Positions 22,358-32,436 of a stretch of 33,902 bases of DNA are shown here, piece after piece (positions within the stretch are counted from its first letter, which is position 1; each line of letters begins with the position of its first letter). Both the position numbers and the translations under genes were made by a program. Source of the stretch: Perkinsus olseni. Its lineage: Eukaryota. The notes beneath the pieces are model-generated. The model was given only the letters and a program-made list of their open reading frames with translations. It had not been told where the DNA came from and searched no databases. The stretch spans positions 1 to 33,902 of the forward strand of contig JABANN010000380.1 of NCBI GenBank assembly GCA_013115125.1. The letters are read 5' to 3'.

Positions 22358-23047
22358 TTTTTCGTCTTCGAAGCGCAAGATTCGGAGTGCAGTACATACG
22401 CCGACTCCTCGTCTGAGTCGGTTAGTGATCTCGCCTTCTGATCTGTTATTCGGAAAGCTGTGGGTTCGAGACCCTCAACCTCTCAATATCACTGTCAGTG
22501 ATTCACTGACTGGCTAATCTCATCATTGCTTGTTTCGTTGTAATCTTTCTGTTGTTTTGTTGAAGCTTAATTTATGACATGAATGCCTGGGCCCCAGGCT
22601 CACACAAAGTTTGTCACACAAGGTTTAACCTTGATCAGTTGAACCAGAGGCATAGCGCCACCACGAATAACGCGACAGTGTCCTGACGACGCCACTTTGA
22701 AAACGAAAGTCCTTGTCTTACAAGGCTTTAGCGTGGATGACAAGGCTTGTAATCCAAGGTCGTATCGATTAGGATGAACGCGATCCTAAGCTTCGTAAGC
22801 GAATAGACAGTCCCAAGGGTACGCGAGCCCAAAATCAAGGACACCTCCTGCTGTGGAACGAAGCTGATAACTCCTCAGTGAGGAAGTCCCAGGGGAAAGC
22901 AAACTCCATAGGCAACGTAGTGGCGCACACAAGGGCGAGACAACACATGCCAGGGACCATTGTGCAAGTCCTCCGGGAACACATTTCGTGGCGCGTGACA
23001 CGATAAGGGGGCGACGCCGCACGGGGTGTATCTCGACTACGATTACT

Positions 23048-23746
23048 TGTTACGCTCAGTCTATGTTTATGCGTGCCGAGTAGTCTGGGCAATAGCTCTT
23101 TCATAAGATCCATCTCACAAGCTCCCTTTGGCCTTGTGTTCCACGTATGAGTAAGAAGAATACAACAGATGGTGGAGAACCCGCTGGCACCCCTCCTGCG
23201 CCTACTACCACTTCTGCGACACCACTACTACCTATATTAACCCTCACTTAGAGCTTCTACGCTATCTACCCCTCACTTACCTCAACCTTCTCTCTGAGGG
23301 ACAATCTACTCATCTCAACGCCCTCTCTGAAGGACACTCACGTGAACTCAATTCACACAATCAACTCACCAAGCTTGAAAATGGCTACTCATAAACGGTC
23401 TGACGAGCTTCAACCCTCATGAACCATCTACCTAACCACTCTACCCCTACTACTGTGTACTACAACTTCAACAACGTCGCATCTGTAAAAAATACTGTTC
23501 GGGCCACACCACGTCGAACAAGCTTCCTACTCTGGAACAGTGGATATGAACTTCTTACATCCATCTCTCTACTTTCACATTACTCGCTCAGTCTACCGAC
23601 CAAGTAGAACCTAGGGGGGTGAGATTTGTTACGCTCCGTGTATGCTTATGCGTGTAGAGTAGTCTGGGCAATAGCTCTTTCATAAGATCCATCTCACAAG
23701 CTCCCTTTGGCCTTGTGTTCCACGTATGAGTAAGAAGAATACAACA
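23048..23746 (+). mobile_element. Non-autonomous LTR retroelement (TRIM), 699 bp
   Basis: 120-bp LTRs at 23048-23167 and 23627-23746 (TGTTAC...ACAACA). 5-bp TSD TTACT at 23043-23047 and 23747-23751. PBS TGGTGGAGAA at 23170 is complementary to a tRNA-Ala-type 3' end. Purine tract AGGGGGGTGAGA at 23613-23624. Empty site in the paralogous unit at ~21030. Confidence 0.93.
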
Positions 23747-24124
23747 TTACTGCGCACTTCCTTACTGAGTACACAGTGTACACACTCATGCGTAAGTGAC
23801 TTACGAATGAGTGAGAAAACTACAACATTCACAGTGTTACATCCAGTGTGATACACTGACAGTGTAATACACTGTAGCCCATTCGCTCCCACACGCAGAT
23901 GTTACTCTATCGCACGTACATTCATGAGATACCCCGATCCCCCATTTCGGGTTCGTGACGCCACGCTCCGCGGCTGCTTAATGAGTCGAGGAAAACTTCG
24001 TTGTGCCAGACTCTAAGTAACGGCAGAATCGACGGGTTATGCACCCAAACATCTTGTAGCGTTGTTTCCGGTGGCAGTCTTCGCGTGCGGCCAGGTCTAC
24101 TGTAGTCTACAAATTTTAGACTAT

Positions 24125-24195
24125 GGGAGATATGCGCTGACTGTGGTGGCATTGTAGACCGTCTACAATGCCATCACAGTCAGCGCATATCTCCC
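24125..24195. repeat. 71-bp palindrome (35-bp arms, 1 mismatch, 1-nt centre)
   Basis: GGGAGATATGCGCTGACTGTGGTGGCATTGTAGAC-C-GTCTACAATGCCATCACAGTCAGCGCATATCTCCC. Confidence 0.95.
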
Positions 24196-24494
24196 CATAC
24201 TGCTCACGTGGCCCCGGGCGCAGGGAAGTGCGCGTGTGAGTGAGTTATAGTCCAACACCGGTTCCGGCTTAGTCAGGCCCTAGCCAATATGCTCAGTAAT
24301 GGCGAGGCAGACTCGCCGAGTCGCGATACCAATATGGGTCAATAGGTGACTTAGCCTTCCGCAACTCAGGGTACAGCTCTAGTCACTGGAATCTAGTGAA
24401 AGCTACGCTGCGTAACTCATATTTCAGGAGCTTCGGATTGAGACTCTCAGTGATATCTTGGCACTCACACGATTCTGAAAGTGTCTTCATCTTC

Positions 24495-24975
24495 ATGGCT
24501 GTATCTTTGAACAGCTTTCGAGTGATTGTTGTCCCGGGTAAAACCTTGCTGGGGTCTCCGGTTACCGGAGTCCGGTACACGGCGGCGACTGTGACGTCGG
24601 CGATAGTTTCTGCCAAGGAGAGGTTTGGCAATGTCTACTCTTGCAAGATTCGTAAGCAGTCCCCGACTGAGGTGAGGTACTGCAACTTCATCGACGACTG
24701 GAAAACGGAGTCTCCATGCTTTTCTGACGAACCTAATTCGCCCGACGATGGTAAATAAGGAGACGACTATTGCAAGGACGCGTATGGCATTACCTCCGGC
24801 GTCCCCATAAGAAGTTCGCGAATGCAGGTTGATAGAATGGACGGCTGACTCCGGGTTTCGCTGCGAAAAGGCCCTCCAGACTAACACATCCGCCACTCCC
24901 GTCCCCATAGCCGATTCCTCTAATCCCCGAGGCAATAGGTTCTACCAGCGGCGTGCCGATAGACCGAGCAAGTGA
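24495..24975 (+). pseudogene. Six-Cys-module secreted protein, copy 3 (multiple frameshifts and stops)
   Basis: MAVSLNSFRVIVV... leader like copy 2, then RFGNVYSCKIRKQSPTEVRYCNFIDDWKTESPC. Contains a 14-nt palindromic insertion at ~24563, a +1 insertion, an in-frame TAA at 24756 and deletions. Confidence 0.88.
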
Positions 24976-25924
24976 AAACTTGTTACCATATTTAATCCGC
25001 GTAGAGCAACAAGCAAGTCTCATTCTCATTCGGACCGAATGATTCGGTCAAAGCTCAGAATTCAAGCATGCCTGCAAATTGCAGAGACCAGAAATGATTG
25101 ATCGTTGAGTCATTTTGAGTGGTGAGCGCCGGATGTGATTCAGACATACTCGCTCGTTAAATATCCCGCTCCTGGTCCCGTGGGTCTGGGAGGTCGGTTC
25201 GGTACGAACCGGCCCGTGAAGCACCGACGAGGGCAAGACACCTGGCGACCCAGAGCCTGAGTCTGCCGACAGTGCGTGTCTACACCCTCTTCGGTACTTG
25301 CTCCCGGGAGTGGTGGGATGGGGAGAAAATCAATCATCGCCGTCTAGCCTTAACCGGGTCACGGCAGGTGGGACGTGGTCGAAGCCCGCTCGCCTCACGG
25401 TTTCATGCCTACGCCACCAACTATGGCGGAGCGACGTGACCATCCGTATCGGTATTTAACCTAGTTTAACAAGTTAACCTTCATAAAAACGCTCGCTCAG
25501 AAAACGTCGCACCATGTGGAGTTCCAGTGATGCGTAAGGTGTGAGTGCGAATGACAACAGCATAGCCTCTCTTTATCGCATTCCGGTGGATAGCTGAACT
25601 CCCATTGGCAACGGGCCAATTCCTCCTCGGCACCCAAGGGATGACTGAGTCGAGTATTCACGTGTGCACTATAAACTCAGTTCAGCGGCTATATGAGACG
25701 GGGCTCAAAGAGCCAAGTAACCGAACTCAAGGAGGTCGGGGCAAACGTGTGTCCACTCGCGTGGCGAGGAATGCGCGGTTGCCGCGACGATTGCTTAGAC
25801 ATAGAGCAGATGCAAACAGAGACTCAGCAGCTATGGTCCATAGCCTCCATAGCCTATGGAGGTGGTTGAAACTATAGGGCACGGCGAGCATTGCACGTGG
25901 CAAGGAAGACAAGCAGTGTGCGGG

Positions 25925-26022
25925 CCACACAATGTGACCCACACAACGTGACGCACACAACGTGACCCACACAACGTGACCCACACAACGTGACCCACAC
26001 AACGTGACCCACACAACGTGAC
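25925..26022. repeat. Minisatellite, 14-bp unit CCACACAACGTGAC x7
   Basis: Seven contiguous units with two single-base variants and no spacers. Confidence 0.97.
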
Positions 26023-26023
26023 G

Positions 26024-26088
26024 TGGCAAAAGCGGATGAAGTCTTTCGTCCTCTCGCTATTCGAGACTCATCAGCGTCCGCTCTGCCA
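26024..26088 (-). ncRNA. Candidate type I hammerhead ribozyme with minimal stem III
   Basis: The minus strand reads UGGCAGAGCGGACG-CUGAUGA-GUCUCGAAUAGCGAGAGGAC-GAAA-GAC-UU-CAUCCGCUUUUGCCA. It has the complete core, a G-C-closed stem II and a ~13-bp stem I (one C.A mismatch, one bulge). Confidence 0.6.
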
Positions 26089-26291
26089 GATAGTCACTAG
26101 GAATGAATCGAGTACTCATCCTCATCGAGGTGGTACTTCTGTCGTGTTCGGTCTAGCAGCACAATATCTCCCTGGTAAACGTGATTCGTATAGTATGATC
26201 TGTTGATGCGACCAACAACAAGTGCTGCCATTCGGAATGGCCCATTCCTACCATTACTGATCCCCCTTCGTAGGTTGCTGTCTACTTACCA

Positions 26292-27173
26292 ATGATGATT
26301 TTGCGCCTTATCGCCTCAGCTCTTCCTTTCTTCCCTCTGGTCAACGGTAATTGCAAGGCCCGCCCCGCTCTCACATCGGCATCTCCTCAACGTTCGAGCC
26401 TTGGCCAAGCTCTTTCTTTGACCGCCTACCGCGTGCCTGGGGTCAATGACGACTCGTATAAGCATATTGGCTATTTTGTTTACGAGCCGAAGGGACCCGG
26501 TCTCGTTGAGATGGTTTTTGTTGGCCTTCCTGGTGATGTGGGCTTGTTTTCAGTGAAGTGTGAACACGCTTCCTATCATAGTAGTTGGTTCCGACTTCGC
26601 CCGAACGGTATAGACAAGGACATCATCCATGTGGTACCGGAGGAGGGTCTTGAGTTCTCAGAGTACGAGAATTGGATAGTTCGAACGGAAGCTGCATGCC
26701 CTGGAGGCGCAATACAAAAACATGATCTAACCGTATTCTACGCCACCGAGGCGGGCGATGTACAGGCTATCATCGGAGGTGTTATTGTTACTCTAAATCG
26801 CACCTGGTTGCCGCTGATTCCGGGACTCTATTCCACCGGCGACTCATCCAAGTTTGGAGTCCAGATGCAGTATAACATCAGCATTGACGGAACCGTTGCT
26901 GTGGAGCTCGGTTGCGCTGGTGGCGGTGTCACCGGTTTCAAGAAGTACAAACTCGTAGGCACGGGCCTCGGTAATCACTACGAGGTGAAACCTACCGTGG
27001 ACGGAGACACGTTGGAGGACCTCGTCGGCAGCCTTGAGGCGGCTTGCCCCGGTGTATCGGGAGATGAAGTTCTCGCGGAAACCTATCAGACTGTGGGATT
27101 TGCGACCGAAGGAGTGATCTTCGTTACTGGCAACTTCTACGAAGGAAATATCCTTCGTAGACAATTTCCTTAA
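26292..27173 (+). CDS. Secreted protein of unknown function (293 aa, intronless, two internally related domains)
   Basis: Long ATG-initiated ORF with signal peptide. Internal repetition (RTEAACPGG...VFYATE vs SLEAACPGV...VGFATE). Two paralogous relics lie elsewhere in the window. Confidence 0.85.
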   Translation: MMILRLIASALPFFPLVNGNCKARPALTSASPQRSSLGQALSLTAYRVPGVNDDSYKHIGYFVYEPKGPGLVEMVFVGLPGDVGLFSVKCEHASYHSSWFRLRPNGIDKDIIHVVPEEGLEFSEYENWIVRTEAACPGGAIQKHDLTVFYATEAGDVQAIIGGVIVTLNRTWLPLIPGLYSTGDSSKFGVQMQYNISIDGTVAVELGCAGGGVTGFKKYKLVGTGLGNHYEVKPTVDGDTLEDLVGSLEAACPGVSGDEVLAETYQTVGFATEGVIFVTGNFYEGNILRRQFP

Positions 27174-27785
27174 CCTTCTCCTGCTAGTTCAACCAACTTC
27201 GTTGTTTGCTCCTTTTTGCAATCGATTTTTCCTCCCTGGGAGAGCATGCAGATCCAGGGACTTTCCCGTCGGTAACCGACGGTCTGATGCAGATTTATAT
27301 TAAACGTTTACTTCAACTGAAGATTCTCTGATCAGTATGATGAGAAGTCAGCGACGAATGTCAAGGAATCGTTCCCCAGACTCCGTTTCACCACTCACTC
27401 ACAATTCGCGATGTTGATTTCAGTTGGTCAGGCAAGGTGTCGATAGGAAATTCCTACAAGAAGTAGTCAACTCAGTTTCGGGCAGAATCTAGCTGTTGAA
27501 GTGGCACCCATAAGAACCAGTTGATGGTACAGTATCTGTCGCCGTTCATTGCCGAATCCACAATCGCACACACGGTGTGTGACACACCAGCTGATAAGTT
27601 GTCGCGTGAACTATTGTCTCCATTGTTTAACAATAGTTTGGCGCTCGGCACTCCTTAAGATTACCTCTTTAGAGTTCAGCTTATTTGTAAGAATGTATTA
27701 TCTACGAGTTGTCAATGAACCTAGCGATCCTCATGGCGACTATCATGCCGAGCCGAATTATTCGATATCATAGATAACTTCCTCT

Positions 27786-27845
27786 TAGTGGTAGTGGTAG
27801 TGGTAGGAGCGCCTGTTATCAAGCGGATGACCCGGGATCGATCCC
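27786..27845 (+). pseudogene. tRNA-like relic (possibly Asn/Asp-derived or a SINE head)
   Basis: A-box-like TAGTGGTAGTGGTAG, anticodon-loop-like CTGTTA and B-box-like GGGATCGATCCC. No acceptor stem is recoverable. Confidence 0.3.
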
Positions 27846-28236
27846 AACAGTAAGCTAGCAGGGGAGAAGTGGCCAGAGTCGTCAATCAGGAGAGATTTTT
27901 TTATCATTATTCTTGCGCGGCGCAAAAATAAGCTTTAACGCGAAACTACCCGACTTGGTCACCAAGATGGGTAGTAGGGTGTGCCTTTGTGTCCACTTGA
28001 TGGGTCCGTCATCTTACGCTGGTCCTCACCGCCACTGACGTCGCGGTGGTAGTGGTGACAGTCACAGAACCCGCTACGTCCTCTTCGACGGTGAGGGCGC
28101 TTGGACACAGGTCGACGTTGCGTAGACATGGAAACACCTAACCCTGATCCGACGGCGCCCGGCTGCCGTGAGTTCCGGGCGTCCGGGTCTCAGGTTTGTG
28201 TTTTCCTCCCGCACTCCCGTATTCAGTCGGATTTTA

Positions 28237-28788
28237 CAGAGGGGAGAAAGGAAGGGCCGAGATGATTGAAGGTCAATTTATTGGGCAAGTTCAACAAGTA
28301 AACGAGTGATCGGTTTGGTTTATGTTATTGCGTTACGCAATTTGCGTAGTGTCCTCCGTTACATGGTGACTTTACCTGAACCCACCCGCCCACACCGTTA
28401 GTTATGTTGGCTGGGACTCCCAGCCTGGGAGGCATGAGCAGAAAGGCGAGGTACGATGTACCTTAATTGTGGTACGCGTCAGAAAACTGACACAAATCAG
28501 AAATGGTCAAGAAATACCAAACCTCGCCTAAGTCATGCGGAGCGAAACATCCACTGACTGGATTCCAGTCTACGGGTTTGCAGCTGCGTGTTCGTTGACG
28601 GGGCACCTAGACGTGCTCAGCCTAGAGTGCCCAAGGATTTTTTGCTCCCACTACCCATTACTCCCAAGTTACGAAACACCATGTAGCGGAACTTCCGCTA
28701 GGAAACCTACTCTGCCCTACACCGAAGGGTGTAGGTAGTTGTGGGATTGCAACGAGTGAACAAGGTTGATGAGGCGGAAGATCATCAT
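28237..28788 (-). pseudogene. 5' relic of a third paralogue of the 26292 gene, split by a 500-bp insertion
   Basis: The upstream CCTTCGTAGGTTGCTG...ATGATG matches 26265-26297. MMIFRLI (28788-28768) continues as ISALPFSPL at 28266-28237. Confidence 0.8.
28267..28766. mobile_element. 500-bp insertion of unknown class flanked by duplicated TGAT
   Basis: TGAT at 28263-28266 and 28767-28770. The paralogue at 20686-20699 reads GAGATGATGAGGCG uninterrupted. Confidence 0.6.
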
Positions 28789-29986
28789 TTGTGAGTGAAC
28801 AGCAACCTACGAAGGAGAATCAGCGATAGACCATCGATTGAAAGCGTGGAAACAGTAGCACGTGTTGTGCAGCGTATTCCCAGTTGAACTGTGACAATTC
28901 ATGACATAACTTCGTCTCCAACTTGATCAGTTCAACCAGAGACATTGTGCCTCTACGAATAACGCGACAGTGTCCTGACGAAACCACCTTGAACACGAAC
29001 GTCGTTGTATTACTGTAATACTATTAGTAATAGTCTATTACAAGGCTTGTATCACAATTGATATTGCCGAAGTTGGATGACAAGGCTTGTAATCCAAGCT
29101 TAGCACTATCGATTAGGATGAACGCGATCCTAAGCTTCGTGAGCGAATAGACAGTCCCGAGGGTACGCAAGCCCAAAATCAAGGACACCTACTGTGGAAC
29201 GAAGCTGATAATTCCTCAGTGAAGTCCCAGGAGAAAGCAAACTCCATAGGCAACGTAGTGGCGCACACAAGCGCGAGACAACAGACGCGGCGTCTGAGAC
29301 GCCACTGGCATCATGCCAGGGACCACTGTCCAAGTCCTCCGGGAACACATTTCGGTGCGCGTGACACGATAGGAACACGACACGGCACGGGGATGGTCGC
29401 ATCTTTCCTCACAATGAGTCCCTCACAGAAAGATAACAACCCCTACGTCTCTGTCAGACAGAGACATGTCTATGTCTCTGAGAGATGTCGCCACCCTATG
29501 TCTCTGAGAGTCCCCAGACTCTGGGGGTCGCCTTGTTGATGATTCGACAGGCCATTGCGGACAGAGAGTATTTGGAGCCAGACTGGCTCAGCCAGTGACC
29601 AAAGTCTCGAGCATGGAAAGTGTTTGTGACGCCAGACACCTAGTCAGGTTATCTCATGAAGAACTCACGTCTATCATCGTCTGCTGCACCGATGAGACTG
29701 GCGCCGGCTAGGCTATCTAAGATAGCGAGTGTTCTCGCAAATCAAGCGGATTGAACTCACTCGCCAATCTGAACGCATCAGCTCCTTCAGTTTGAAACGA
29801 ATCGTTTCGGTAGTTTCATCTCTGCTTGAGGCAGATATAGCGGAGACACTATGACGGAAGTTCCGTCACGGTCAAATGCCGCACCGAGGGTAGCCTACAG
29901 AAAAGTTGATTTTTACAACTTGATGGCTCCCGGGGTGACGAGAAGTTTTGTAGAACGGTAGGCTGAAATAACCGAACTCCGTGAGT

Positions 29987-30181
29987 TCAGAGACACGGAC
30001 AGGGTATAAACGCACCGGCGCTTGTACAGAACCCGTAAGTCGATCCGAATGGGCTACGGATACATCTGCTGTGCTCACCGACTCGTATAGCGCACTGCTT
30101 GTCGGCGTCGGGGTGAGGGCACAGAGAACTCACCAGAGACCCGAGAAGAGTGACAGTCAGAGTCACGAATAAGATCTTCAT
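29987..30181 (-). CDS. Small secreted Cys-rich peptide (64 aa, single six-Cys module)
   Basis: MKILFVTLTVTLLGSLVSS signal peptide plus LCPHPDADKQCAIRVGEHSRCIRSPFGSTYGFCTSAGAFIPCPCL. The Cys spacing matches module 3 of the 17580 gene. Confidence 0.85.
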   Translation of the reverse strand: MKILFVTLTVTLLGSLVSSLCPHPDADKQCAIRVGEHSRCIRSPFGSTYGFCTSAGAFIPCPCL

Positions 30182-32436
30182 CAAGGAGACGTTGTTGGTT
30201 GGTACGGTCATAGTGGTGCAAAGACTGTTGTCAGGATAGTTCAGACGGTCGGATAATGCTACGCCTCGAGCTGCCACAGTTCTAAGGAGCACGGGAGTGG
30301 ACGAGCTGCCGCAGCACAGCGGCGGAAGTTCAAGCAAATCATGTGCCATGGTTAGCACTGCAGCGCAAAAAAACTCTGCACGCACGAGAACGTTCCTTCT
30401 CAGTAATGACTGTCCCAGGGACAGTGTCCCTGCCGGTTGGTATTGAGATAAGGTGAGGAGTTGGCGGAGAGCGATAGATGTGGCCGCATGAAGTCATGGC
30501 CTGTGATTTGAGATCCCTATCCTGCTTATTATCGAATTACTTCCACCGAAACCGAGGACGATTCTCTCTCACTGGAACTCTCAGCCGCGCCGTGCTCGGC
30601 CGATCTAACGCCTAACCCACGCGCCGCGTCCCCCGTGAAACGGAATCGGTGAACTTTACTTTGAATCACCGCCATACCTCATGCGGTTTCCCACCACCGG
30701 CGTGCTGGCGTTATACTATGAGCTCGATACCGTACAATCTCGCGGAGTTACACAGTCGATGGCTTATACTGTAGTACCGCGTGCCTGAAGAGTCACACTG
30801 ACCGGAGTCGGCATGCCCGAAAGGGCGCCCACGCGTGCGCGTCTTACCGAGTGTTAGGGTTCCGTCCATACTAGCAACGCCACATGGGCTGTGGAGAACG
30901 TTGGCGATGGGGTAGGGATAACCGAAGAGGGAGTAGTCGGTTAGTGGTGTAGATCTGGTTCTGGTGACAAGCTAACTTGAAATCCCTTCTCCAAGTAATA
31001 AGCAACTCAATCCAAAGCCTTGTTCTCAGGAGTATACTCGTTCTAGAGACTGGGGTTGACCGGAGTACCAGCAACAAGTCGATTGAAGCTACAGTAGTAC
31101 TGTAACAGTACGAGCAATCTAAAGATTGCGAAACATGACATGTTTCGCAATCGTCCAGAAAATTGCCGAAAATTTTGGCTAAAATCGTCACCGACATTGT
31201 CAGTGACTTAACTTCTACAATTTCGAGGGTTTGTGGCTCAAATTTTGACAGACAGCTCCCAGTATATACTTACGTTGTTTCATCTGAGCGCGCGCTAAAA
31301 ATTTGATCGATTTTCACCAGGCTGCATTTTGCATATATACACTCTATTCGACCCACTTTCACTGAAACGGGATCATTGATTGGAAATCGGACGGCGGCGC
31401 CGTCCGATGATCTTGATGAGAGGATCCAGAACGTCACCTTTAACGTGAGCCGAGGGTGAGAATTGGCCCTCTTTCGAGAGCCATTTCTCGGCTGAGCGTC
31501 TCTTATCAGTCTCCTTGAGTCCCTCCTTCAGCGTTGGATACTTCCAACGTATCTCATCAGCACTGTATCCATAAGCTTTCACGACCAGCTCGTCATTGGT
31601 GTCCCTGAAAGTGACAAAGCAGGCGATGACTAAGAGTGGCCGAAACCGCTACCGAAGCCCAGAAACCTTCTTCGAGGGCTCAGTTGATGCGTCATCGCAA
31701 CAGTCTATGTGCAAACCCTACCCGCCCTTGAGAAGCTCTCACTTAGAGTGAGACTGCTATCGATAAACGATAACAAGTTGCTCACCACCGCGGACTGAGC
31801 CAGTGGCAGCCACTGGCTCATATAGATAGCCAGCCAGCGCTGCGACTCACAGGTCAACGGTGCACAGCTTTGCGCCCACCCTCCAGAGCAGGCGACCATC
31901 GATCATTGAGAATATATCACAAGAAGCAAGAGGAACGAGCTAAGTTTGGCCGCATGCAACGTCTTACTTGACAATCAAGTTACGACGAGATTTCGAGCGC
32001 TACGCGAATGCCTTGACATAAGTGAAAGCCTTCTGGTCTGTGTCCAGATGAATTCCAAGACTGAGGTCTTCGCGGACATGGGTGGGATCGAAGAATTGCC
32101 ACTCGAGATGACAAATACTCCCCTCCTTCTCATCTTCAACATAACGGATTTCGTACTGACACAAACTGAGCCGACTTGAACATTCAGTCAAATGTTTATC
32201 GGTAGCAGGTGCCACCTACTGTACATAAGTACAGGAGAACGGTAGACCTGCCAGGTGGCTTTGTACAGTTACTCACAGTAGAGCCAGGCTCATTCATATC
32301 TCCGAACTCCACGGCCTTGGCGCTTACCTGCAGGCAAAGATAAGCATATGGCCGCCATATTATGGCGAACCCATCAAATACGGCGGAAAAAGGGCAACTC
32401 TCCTCTAAGGCCACCGTTTCACCTTCACCACTGCTG

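Larger units (their letters stand above)
17654..24975 (+). repeat. Tandem segmental duplication (~4 kb unit; two units plus the start of a third)
   Basis: Colinear homologous blocks: Cys gene 17654/22029/24575; 19545-19680 vs 22358-22495; 20747-21050 vs 22764-23820 (minus TRIM); 21380-21570 vs 23980-24230; 21745-22030 vs 24235-24575. Confidence 0.9.

Noticed and set aside
25925-26022. Possible CRISPR-like array
   Set aside because: Contiguous 14-bp units with no unique spacers, in a eukaryotic context with no cas genes.
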